This document shows positions 47,802 to 55,990 of a DNA stretch of 64,000 bases, in pieces. Position 1 is the stretch's first letter. Each line of letters opens with the position of its first letter. Origin of the DNA: an uncultured Actinomycetes bacterium (GTDB taxonomy: Bacteria > Actinomycetota > Thermoleophilia > Gaiellales > JAICJC01); contig CAWDUU010000002.1 in NCBI GenBank assembly GCA_963805545.1, positions 1,859 through 65,858 of the forward strand. The letters are read 5' to 3'. A program made the position numbers and the translations under genes. Below the pieces are notes generated by a model. That model was not told the DNA's origin and searched no databases. It saw nothing but the letters and a program-made list of their open reading frames with translations.

Positions 47802-48612
47802 ATCCCGGTCAAGCAGCTGCCCGAGCTGACGGGCGCGCCGGCCGATGTGCTTGCCGGCGCGACCGCCGCCCCTGGTCTCGATACCGCCGACGCGAACGGC
47901 TACGTCCTCGCGGACGGCGCCCACGTCCTGCAGGTCTTCGATGGCCCATGGTGAACTACCAGGACGACACGGCGCGATTGAGTGCCTGAGGTCAAGCCCG
48001 CGCTGGTGAGCGACGGTCAGGGCAGCCTCCGAGAATAAGGCCGCCCCCTTCAACCTCGCGTTTCCGGAGCTCTGGACGGGTTCTGACCCCGTCGAGGTCG
48101 ACACGAGCGATGGCACGTTCGCGTTCTCGGTCTCCGGCGCGCAGCCGACCGCCGTTTCCAAGGACGACAAGGACACCATCACCTACGCCGGCGTGCTGCC
48201 CGGCGTCGACCTGCGCTTCGACTCCAACACCGAGGGTTATCGCGAGTCGTTCGTCTATTCCTCTGGCACGGCCGCGGCGACGCCCGTGGTCCTCTCGATC
48301 CAGACGCAGGGCGTCTCGCTCGAGGCGCAGCCGTCCGGCGAGATCAACGTGATCGGGACGTCCGGCGAGATCGTCGGCGTCATCCCGGCGCGGGTGACTG
48401 CCGATCGATACTCAAGTGCGGCTGAGGCTCGCTCATCGCTTGCGTTACCGCGGACACCTAGCGGGTACTTTGAGGTTCAGGCGTCCAGGGTCGCAGCGCT
48501 CAGAGGCCCGACCATCGCAGCTCCAAAGTACGGAATGCCAGGAGGTGGGAGCGAGTTCACCACGGAGTTTCCAATCAAGATCGCGTCGCCCTTCATTCCA
48601 TTCGGAGGTTAG
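47802..48612 (+). pseudogene. Decayed polymorphic-toxin remnant (RHS/WapA-type N-terminal region joined to a TNT-like C-terminal tip)
   Basis: Fragments lie in frames 0, 2, 0 and 1, separated by stops (47952, 47987, 48036). ..DTITYAGVLPGVDLRFDSNTEGYRESFVY..GEINVIGTSGEIVGVIPARVTAD resembles RHS N-terminal regions. The last 60 aa (LALPRTPSGYFEV....GPTIAAPKYGMPGGGSEF) resemble the end of TNT/DUF4237 NADase domains. GC drops at about 48400. Confidence 0.45.
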
Positions 48613-48615
48613 TCG

Positions 48616-48867
48616 ATGGCTGTGAGCAGGGATAAGAATCCGTACTTGGTTGTGTACGACTACGGTACGGGCGGCCTGTGGGGCCTCCTCCGTGCGCGTT
48701 CCAAGGACGAGATCGCGACGAAGTATCCTGAGCTCAGTATTCTGGATCAGCGCCCGGATTGGATGACCGCCGATCGCTTCGATGAGCTTAAAGGCGATCC
48801 CTACGATATTGATGCGCCTCCGCGAGGGATGCTACGGGCCGTCACAGCGGATCGGCAACGCATGTGA
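48616..48867 (+). CDS. Small protein (83 aa), candidate orphan immunity protein
   Basis: GGAGG sits 7 nt before ATG 48616, and the ORF starts 4 nt after the toxin-remnant stop. MAVSRDKNPYLVVYDYGTGGLWGLLRARSKDEIATKYPELSILDQRPDWM... A/T-richer codon usage than its surroundings. Confidence 0.45.
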   Translation: MAVSRDKNPYLVVYDYGTGGLWGLLRARSKDEIATKYPELSILDQRPDWMTADRFDELKGDPYDIDAPPRGMLRAVTADRQRM

Positions 48868-48961
48868 ATACGGTGATCAGCCGCGCTTGCACTCTGTGGA
48901 ATGCGCATCGCCGAGTCTGGGCCCCGCGTTCGTCGGAGGCCGTGGTTGGGCGCGTCGCGGT

Positions 48962-49819
48962 CTAGGAGTGCGGCGCGCTGCGGGCCGGCGCTATCCACCG
49001 CTCCGGCGTATGGGGCGCCGAGGGCTTCCAAGCGCCCAGGTGCTCGCACGCCGCCGCCGCGGAGCGGGCGCCCCGCTCCAGGGCTGCCTGCGGCGAGCGT
49101 CGCTCGAGCGTCGCCGCGATCACTCCCGCGATGAGCGCATCGCCGGCGCCGAGCGTGTCGACGACTCGGGCCGGGACGGCCGGCTGCTCGATCACCACGC
49201 CGTCGGCAAGCATGAGACATCCGTCCTTCCCGCGGCTGACGACGGCCACTCGGGCACCGCGTGCAGCCGCGTCCCGCGCTAGGTCGGCCGCGTCCGTCGC
49301 GCTCCCGCCCGGAGCCGACAGGAACGCGACCGCGAGCAGCGGCGCGAGCTCGTTCAGCCGCTCCGTGCGCGGCGGGTGGTAGGCGTCGTAGGAGACCGGG
49401 ACGCCCGCCGCGGCGACCGCCTTCACTGCGTCGACGATGTCCGCCGGCCCGGTCGCGTGGAGCCATGTCCGCGTCTTCAAGAACTCGACGGCCTCGTCCG
49501 AGGGCCGGAAGGTCGCGCTCACGCCGAGCTCCTCCGACTCGAAGATCCGGTCGCCGTCCGGGCCGACCGTGATTGTCGTGAGTCCCGTCCGGCCCGGCAG
49601 CACCGCCACGTGGCGGGTGTCGATGCCGCGCTCGGCCGCCTGCGCGAGGACGAACCGCCCTTCGTCGTCCTCCCCGACGGCGCTGACGTGGGCGGTCGGG
49701 AGGCCGGCCGCGGCGAGGCCGGCCGCCACGTTGAGCGCGTTCCCGCCCGGCGTGTCGATCCCGATCGGCGGCAGGTAGCGGTCGACGCAGCTCTCGCCGA
49801 TGGTCGCCGGTCCCGTCAC
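48962..49819 (-). CDS. PfkB-family kinase, copy 2 (diverged paralog of 43383..44207)
   Basis: GTG 49819. Colinear with copy 1 (TGPATIG..CVDRYLPPIG...DTLGAGDALIAGVIAA). The C-terminal tail diverges after GAWKP. Confidence 0.85.
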   Translation of the reverse strand: MTGPATIGESCVDRYLPPIGIDTPGGNALNVAAGLAAAGLPTAHVSAVGEDDEGRFVLAQAAERGIDTRHVAVLPGRTGLTTITVGPDGDRIFESEELGVSATFRPSDEAVEFLKTRTWLHATGPADIVDAVKAVAAAGVPVSYDAYHPPRTERLNELAPLLAVAFLSAPGGSATDAADLARDAAARGARVAVVSRGKDGCLMLADGVVIEQPAVPARVVDTLGAGDALIAGVIAATLERRSPQAALERGARSAAAACEHLGAWKPSAPHTPERWIAPARSAPHS

Positions 49820-49869
49820 GGCGGGGACGCTACCGGTTCGCGCGTGGCGGCTTCCAAGACCTGAGTAGT

Positions 49870-51051
49870 GTGTCTGCCATGCGGCGCATGTTCGTGTTGA
49901 TGTACGCGCTCGTCTTCCTTGACGAGGTCGCGCTGCTCGGGCTCGTGCCGCTCCTTCCCGGCTACACGCGGCTCTACGACCTCTCGACCGCCGAGGCGGG
50001 GGCGCTGCTCTCGGCCGCGCCGCTCGCGATCGTCGTCGCGTCGATCCCCGCCGGCCGGCTGTCGGACAGACTCGGCTCGCGCCGGGTGACGCTCGCGGCC
50101 GGCGTCCTGATCGTCGCCTCCACGGCGGCGATGGCGGTCGCGAACGGGTTCGCGGTGCTGCTCGCCGCGCGGTTCGCGTTCGGGCTCGCGTCGGGGACGA
50201 TCTGGTCGGCCGGCCTGGCGTGGATCGGCGACTCCGCTCCTGCCCACCGGCGCTCGGCGGCGCTCGGCACCGTCATCACGACCGCCGGCGTCGGCGGGAT
50301 GGCCGGGCCGGTCTTCTGCGGCTACCTGGCCGAGAACGTCGGCCGCGGCGCCCCGTGGGCGGTGATCGCGGGCGCGACGGTCGCCGTCGTCGTCGCGCTC
50401 GTCCTCGCCAACCCCGGCCAGCGCGTGGCCCACGAGCACCAGCCGCTGCGCCACATCGCCGAGCGGATGCGGAGCGAGCCGCTCCTGGCCGGGGCGATCG
50501 CGATCATGCTGCTCGGCGGGGTCGGCGACGGCATCGCCAACCTGATCGCCCCGCTCCAGCTCGCCGACAACGGGCTCTCGGAGGGCCGGATCGGGCTCTG
50601 GTTCTCGGTCGGGGCCGCGCTCTTCATCGTCGGCAGCGCCGCGACCACGCGGCTGGGCGAGCGGGCGGTGTCGCTGCGGGCGGCGGCCCTCTTCGCCGCG
50701 CTCCAGGCGGCGATCCTCGCGCCGGTGCTCCTGAGCTCGGCGACCGCGGCCGTCCTCTTCATGGTGCTCGCGCGCTTCGCCGTGGCGGCCCTCCCGTACA
50801 CGATCAGTTACCCGCTCGCAGCTGTCGGCGCGGCCCGGCTCGGCCTCGGGATCGGCACCGTGAACGGTCTGCTCGGGCTCGTCTGGGGCGCGGGCAGCTT
50901 CGTCGCGCCGCCCGTCGCCGGAGTCATCGCCGACGCCATCGGCGACCGCGCCGCCTACGGCCTCCTCGTCGGGTTCTGCCTCGTCATGGCCGGCTGGCTC
51001 CTGCGCTCGGCCCAGCGCGGCGCCCTGCCGGCACCCGCGGCCGCCTCGTGA
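49870..51051 (+). CDS. MFS transporter
   Basis: 12 helices and a GRLSDRLGSRR loop motif. The start could be ATG 49879. Confidence 0.8.
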   Translation: MSAMRRMFVLMYALVFLDEVALLGLVPLLPGYTRLYDLSTAEAGALLSAAPLAIVVASIPAGRLSDRLGSRRVTLAAGVLIVASTAAMAVANGFAVLLAARFAFGLASGTIWSAGLAWIGDSAPAHRRSAALGTVITTAGVGGMAGPVFCGYLAENVGRGAPWAVIAGATVAVVVALVLANPGQRVAHEHQPLRHIAERMRSEPLLAGAIAIMLLGGVGDGIANLIAPLQLADNGLSEGRIGLWFSVGAALFIVGSAATTRLGERAVSLRAAALFAALQAAILAPVLLSSATAAVLFMVLARFAVAALPYTISYPLAAVGAARLGLGIGTVNGLLGLVWGAGSFVAPPVAGVIADAIGDRAAYGLLVGFCLVMAGWLLRSAQRGALPAPAAAS

Positions 51052-52466
51052 TCCTCGCGATCGACCAGGGGACGACCGGGACGACCTGCCTCGTCGTCGA
51101 CGAGGAGCTCCGCATCGCCGGCCGCGGCTACCGCGAGCTCGGCCAGTCCTATCCGCAGCCGGGCTGGGTCGAGCACGATCCGGACGAGATCCTGCGCACC
51201 GTGCACGAGGCGGCCGCCGACGCGCTCCGCGACGCCGGGATCGCCGCCGCCGACCTGGACGCGGTCGGGATCACGAACCAGCGCGAGACGACGGTCGTCT
51301 GGGGCCGCGACGGCCGTCCCCTGCATCCGGCCATCGTCTGGCAGGACCGGCGGACCGCCGAGCGCTGCCGCGAACTGCCGGCCGAGCTCATCCGCGAGCG
51401 CACCGGCCTCGTGCCCGACCCGTACTTCTCGGCGACCAAGCTGGAGTGGCTGCTCGCGCGGGTCGAGGGCGACGTCCTCTTCGGCACCGTCGAGAGCTGG
51501 CTGGCCTGGAACCTGACCGGCAGCGCCGCGCACGTGACCGACCGGACCAATGCGTCGCGCACGCTGCTTGCCCGGCTCGACCCGGTCGAGTGGGATCCCG
51601 AGCTGCTCGACGTCTTCGGCGTCCCCGTCGAGGTGCTGCCGCGGATCGTGCCGTCGAGCGGCGTCGTCGGCGAGGCCGAGATCGGCGGCGCGCGCGTGCC
51701 GCTGGCCGGGATGGCGGGCGACCAGCAGGCGGCCCTCTTCGGCCAGGCCTGCTTCCGGCCCGGCGAGGCCAAGGCCACCTTCGGCACCGGGAGCTTCGTC
51801 CTCGCCAACCAGGGCGAGGCGGGCGGCCCGCCGCCGCACGGCATCCTGCGCACCGCCGCCGCCCAGCCCGGCGTGACCGCGCTCGAGGGCGCGGTGTTCG
51901 TCACCGGCGCGGCCGTCCAGTGGCTGCGCGATGGGCTCGGCATCATCGCCGAGGCGGCCGAGACCGAGGCGCTCGCCCGCTCCGTCGAGTCGACCGGCGG
52001 CGTGCACTTCGTCCCCGCGCTCACCGGGCTCGGCTCGCCCCACTGGGACGCCGACGCGCGCGGGCTCATCGCGGGCATCACGCGCGGCACCGGCCGGGCC
52101 GAGATCGCGCGGGCGGCGCTCGAGGCGATCGCCTTCCAGACCGCCGACGTCGTCGCCGCGATGGAGCTTCCCGTGCCGGTGCTGCGGGCCGACGGCGGCG
52201 CCACCCGGAACGCGTGGCTCATGCAGTTCCAGGCCGACGTCCTGGGGATTCCGGTCGAGGTGGCGGGCGACAGCGAGATGACGGCGCTCGGGGCGGCGGC
52301 GCTCGCGGGGCTGGCGGTCGGTACGTGGAGCGGGCTCGACGAGGTGGCGGCGGCGTGGCATCCTCGGCGCCCGGTACGAGCCGCGAGATGTGCCGCGACG
52401 AGGCGGCCGAGCGGCTGGCCGGGATGGCACGCCGCGGTGGAGCGCGCCCGCTCGTCGCTCCGGTAG
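51048..52466 (+). CDS. glpK: Glycerol kinase (3' end carries three compensating +1 shifts)
   Basis: GTG 51048 (GTGA overlap). ILAIDQGTTGTT, ITNQRETTVVW, GMAGDQQAALFGQ, DGGATRN. The C-terminal consensus is recovered only by skipping single bases near 52371, 52384 and 52424. Confidence 0.9.
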   Translation: MILAIDQGTTGTTCLVVDEELRIAGRGYRELGQSYPQPGWVEHDPDEILRTVHEAAADALRDAGIAAADLDAVGITNQRETTVVWGRDGRPLHPAIVWQDRRTAERCRELPAELIRERTGLVPDPYFSATKLEWLLARVEGDVLFGTVESWLAWNLTGSAAHVTDRTNASRTLLARLDPVEWDPELLDVFGVPVEVLPRIVPSSGVVGEAEIGGARVPLAGMAGDQQAALFGQACFRPGEAKATFGTGSFVLANQGEAGGPPPHGILRTAAAQPGVTALEGAVFVTGAAVQWLRDGLGIIAEAAETEALARSVESTGGVHFVPALTGLGSPHWDADARGLIAGITRGTGRAEIARAALEAIAFQTADVVAAMELPVPVLRADGGATRNAWLMQFQADVLGIPVEVAGDSEMTALGAAALAGLAVGTWSGLDEVAAAWHPRRPVRAARCAATRRPSGWPGWHAAVERARSSLR

Positions 52467-52478
52467 GGTCACGCGCCC

Positions 52479-53657
52479 ATGGAGGCCCTCACCCCCGCCC
52501 AGATCGACCTGCGCGAGCGGGCCGCGCGGTTCGTCGACGAGACGTGTATCCCGCTCGAGCTCGAGGCCGAGCGGAACGGCGGGCCGCTTCCGCCCGGGAA
52601 GGCGAAGGCCGTCTCGGCCCGGGCCCGCGAGCTGGGCCTGGTCGGCGGAAACCACGCCGTCGACGTCGGCGGCCAGGGCTGGTCGGCGTTCGAGCAGGTG
52701 CTCGTCCAGGAGGAGCTCGGCCGGAACACCAACGGCGTCTGGTGGAACATGGGCGGCGGCTACAACGTGCTCGCGTTCGGGACGCCCGAGCAGGTCGAGC
52801 GCTACCTGAAGCCGACGCTGGCCGGGAAGCGGGCCGACTCATACGCCGTCACCGAGGGCGGCGCCGGCTCCGACGCGGGCGGGATCGCCGGGACGGCCGA
52901 GCGGACGGCGAACGGCTGGCGGATCCGGGCCGAGAAGTGGTTCGTGACGTCGGGCGACGTGTCGGACTTCGACATCGTGATGGTGAACGTCGTCGACGGC
53001 GAGCAGCGGCTGCCGACGCTCTTCCTGGTCGACCGCGACCGGCCCGGGATCGACGTGATCGACGACCCGCCGTTCACGCACTCCTTCCCGCACGGCCACC
53101 CGACGCTCCGCTACGACTGCGAGGTCGACGCCGACGCCGTGCTCGGCGGCGAGAAGATGATCGGGCGCGGTGACGAGCTCCAGAACGAGTGGTTCATCGA
53201 GGAGCGGATCCACATCGCCGCCCGCTGCGTCGGTGCGATGCGGCGCCTGCTGGCCGAGGCGGTCGAATGGTCGACGGAGCGCGAGCAGTTCGGCGGGCGG
53301 ATCTACGACTTCCAGGGCGTGAGCTTCCCGCTCGCCGACTCGGCGGCCGACTGCGCCGCGGCGCGCCTTCTCACCTACGACGTCGCCCGGGCCCAGGACG
53401 CCGGCGCCGATCCCAAGCTCGTTCACGGCCGGGCCGCGATGGCCAAGCTCTTCGCGTCGGAGGCCGCCTGGCGCTGCGCCGACCGCTGCGTGCAGGTCTA
53501 CGGCGGGCGCGGCTACATGCGGACGACGGCGGCCGAGCGGTTCCTGCGCGAGCTCCGCGTCGACCGGATCTGGGAGGGCACGTCCGAGATCCAGCGGCTC
53601 ATCATCGCCCGCGGCCTCGAGCGGCGCGGGGTCGAGCGCATGCTGACCGGCGAGTAG
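52479..53657 (+). CDS. Acyl-CoA dehydrogenase family protein
   Basis: YAVTEGGAGSD, QVYGGRGYM, RIWEGTSEIQR. Confidence 0.9.
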   Translation: MEALTPAQIDLRERAARFVDETCIPLELEAERNGGPLPPGKAKAVSARARELGLVGGNHAVDVGGQGWSAFEQVLVQEELGRNTNGVWWNMGGGYNVLAFGTPEQVERYLKPTLAGKRADSYAVTEGGAGSDAGGIAGTAERTANGWRIRAEKWFVTSGDVSDFDIVMVNVVDGEQRLPTLFLVDRDRPGIDVIDDPPFTHSFPHGHPTLRYDCEVDADAVLGGEKMIGRGDELQNEWFIEERIHIAARCVGAMRRLLAEAVEWSTEREQFGGRIYDFQGVSFPLADSAADCAAARLLTYDVARAQDAGADPKLVHGRAAMAKLFASEAAWRCADRCVQVYGGRGYMRTTAAERFLRELRVDRIWEGTSEIQRLIIARGLERRGVERMLTGE

Positions 53658-53663
53658 CCGGGC

Positions 53664-54413
53664 CTACGCGTCCGCGACGGGCGCGCCCGCGAGCGGCAGC
53701 TCGAACGTCACCTCGGTGCCCTGGCCCGGCTTGGAGTCGACCGTCGCGCGGCCGCCGGCCAGCTCGGTTCGCTCGAGCAGCGTCTCGATCCCGAGGTGCA
53801 GGCGCACGCCGTGGGCGCGGCGGCCGATCCGGGCCGGGTCGAAGCCGCGGCCGTCGTCGCGCACCGAGCCGCGGAGCATCTCGCCCGACGTCGCGATCTG
53901 GATCTCGAGCCGGCGGGCGCGAGCGTGGCGGCGGACGTTCGAGACGGCCTCACGCACCGTCCGGTAGGCGACCTCCTCGACCATGAAGGGCAGCGGCTCG
54001 GAGGGGACGGTCACCTCGACCTCGAGGTCCGCCTCGCGCCCGGCCTGCGCGGCCAGCTCGCGCACGGCCCGGGCCAGGCCCTGTGGCGGGCGCAGCTCGA
54101 ACATGAGCCGGCGGGTGCGGTCGGTCGCGGCGGCCAGCGTGCGGCGGGTCGACTCGGCCACGTCTCGGATCGCGTCGGCGTCTGCGCATCCCGTCAGCCG
54201 GTCGAGCGCGAGAAGCGACGCGGCCAGCACCTGCACGGTGTCGTCGTGGAGCTCCGAGGCGATCCGGCGCCGCTCCTGCTGCTCGGCCCGCAGGAGCCGG
54301 GAGACGATCTGGCGGCGCTCGGCCTCGCTGCGGTGCACGAGCTGCTCGAGCGCGCGGCAGCGGGCTTCGAGGCGCCGCACCTCGGCGCCGGTGTCCGCCG
54401 TGCTTCGCGCCAC
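53664..54413 (-). CDS. Sensor-less histidine kinase (HisKA_3 + HATPase_c only)
   Basis: GTG 54413 overlaps the upstream TAG (TAGTG). H-box RRIASELHDDTVQVL, N-box REAVSNVRRHA, DDGRGFD, PGQGTEVTFELP. Only a short coiled-coil precedes the H-box, and there is no TM segment. Confidence 0.8.
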   Translation of the reverse strand: MARSTADTGAEVRRLEARCRALEQLVHRSEAERRQIVSRLLRAEQQERRRIASELHDDTVQVLAASLLALDRLTGCADADAIRDVAESTRRTLAAATDRTRRLMFELRPPQGLARAVRELAAQAGREADLEVEVTVPSEPLPFMVEEVAYRTVREAVSNVRRHARARRLEIQIATSGEMLRGSVRDDGRGFDPARIGRRAHGVRLHLGIETLLERTELAGGRATVDSKPGQGTEVTFELPLAGAPVADA

Positions 54414-55735
54414 TACAGGAGCCCCCTGTCGACGGCGCCGACCCCCTCCCAGAGGGCGGCGAGCGCGGCGGCCGGGTTCCCGGCCCGCTCCTCGACCACG
54501 GCCAGCACCTGGTGGGCCTCGGCCCGGTAGTGCGGCGCGGCGGTGCCGTCGAGCAGGTCGATCGCCCGCCGGCACAGGAAGCGGGCCTCGTCGAGGTCGG
54601 CCTCGGCCAGCGCCGCCCGGGCCAGAACGAGGCAGGCGGCGCCGGCGATCGCGGGCTCGGTGGCCTCGGTCTCGTCGAGCGCCTTCCGGGCCGCGGCCTG
54701 GGCGCCGGGGATGTCGCCGGCCAGAAGGGCGGAGCGGCCGCGCTCGGCGTTCAGCATCGCAAGCTCCGGGGCGCCCGCGCCGGCGTCGCGCATGAGCGCC
54801 TCGGCGCGGGTCAGCTCCTCGTCGGCCTCGGCCCGGCGGCGCTGGTCGAGCAGGATCTGACCGAGGAGCAGATGCGCCCGGCCGCGCAGCGCCGACTGCT
54901 CGGACTCCTCCAGGTGCCCCAGCACCTCGCGCCCGTAGCGCTCGGCCAGCTTCAGGCGGCCCTGCTCGGCGTAGGTGCGCGCCAGTGTCCACTGAAGGCG
55001 GGCGCGGGCGGTCGGGTCGGCGATCCGCGGCTCGAGCTCGATCAGGTCGGCGAGCACGACCTCCGCCTCGGCGAAGCGGCCCTGGTCGGTGTAGGCGCTC
55101 GCCAGGTAGACGCCGAAGCGCACCGCGGCCGGGACGTCCGCCGGCGCGCGCATCACGTCGTCCAGCGCGGAGCGCAGAAGCGCGATGCCCCTGCTCAGGT
55201 CGCCGACGCCCGCATAGGCGCGCCCGAGCGCCTCGAACATCGCCGGCCTGAGCCGGGGCGTTGCGCCGGGGTCGCACGTCCGCGCCTTTTCGAGCGCGGC
55301 GATCGCCCGCTCGTCGTCACGGCATTCGAGCGCGAGCAGGCCGCGCGCCTCGAGTGCGCGGCTCAGGGCGTGCCGGTCCCCCGACCGGCGCGCCTCCGCC
55401 TCGAGCTCGTCGAGCCGCGAAACGGCGTCGGGCTCCCCCAGGCGAGCTGACATCTCGGCGAGCAGGATCGTCGCCGCGGGGATCGACCCCGCCGCGTCGC
55501 GGCCCGCGAGCTCCTCGATCGTCACGTCGAGCCGGTGGGCCAGCTCGGCGAGGATCGGCGTGGACGGCACCCTGTCTCCGGCCTCGACCTTGCACAGGTA
55601 CGAGGTCGAGCACCCGTCGAAGGCGAGCTTGGCCAGCGACAGGCCCTTCTCCTTGCGCAGCCGTCGCAGCCGCGCTCCGAGCGCGCCTGCGTCGTCCACG
55701 TGGGTTGGGGGGCGGCGACCCACGTGTCTCAGCAT
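54413..55735 (-). CDS. XRE-family HTH + TPR protein
   Basis: ATG 55735. LGARLRRLRKEKGLSLAKLAFDGCSTSYLCKVEAGDRVPSTPILAELAHRLDV is the XRE HTH. About 350 aa of TPR-like helical repeats follow. Confidence 0.8.
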   Translation of the reverse strand: MLRHVGRRPPTHVDDAGALGARLRRLRKEKGLSLAKLAFDGCSTSYLCKVEAGDRVPSTPILAELAHRLDVTIEELAGRDAAGSIPAATILLAEMSARLGEPDAVSRLDELEAEARRSGDRHALSRALEARGLLALECRDDERAIAALEKARTCDPGATPRLRPAMFEALGRAYAGVGDLSRGIALLRSALDDVMRAPADVPAAVRFGVYLASAYTDQGRFAEAEVVLADLIELEPRIADPTARARLQWTLARTYAEQGRLKLAERYGREVLGHLEESEQSALRGRAHLLLGQILLDQRRRAEADEELTRAEALMRDAGAGAPELAMLNAERGRSALLAGDIPGAQAAARKALDETEATEPAIAGAACLVLARAALAEADLDEARFLCRRAIDLLDGTAAPHYRAEAHQVLAVVEERAGNPAAALAALWEGVGAVDRGLL

Positions 55736-55990
55736 AGCCACCCTGACGCCTTCTGTCCATAGCGTGTTGACACAATACGGGCGGGCACGATACGGTTGAT
55801 TTCCTGATTCCTTCGGCTCCAAAGGAGACGCCATGGACGGCGGAAAAGCTTGGCCGTAAACACACGGTGACAGAATGTGGGTACCCGCGGAATGACGGTT
55901 TCCGGCGGGCCACGCAAGCGCCGGCGGCCCGGGACGGAAGCCCCCCAGGTCGCCGGCGCACGTCTTTCCGGGCCGCCCGGCCCGAGCCGC

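Noticed and set aside
48400-48420. DRYSS in the toxin remnant as the conserved DRYG motif of TNT domains.
   Set aside because: The spacing to the following LALP/YFEV/PGGG blocks is too short, and VIPARVTAD fits the RHS N-terminal consensus. The match more likely marks the recombination junction than a retained motif.
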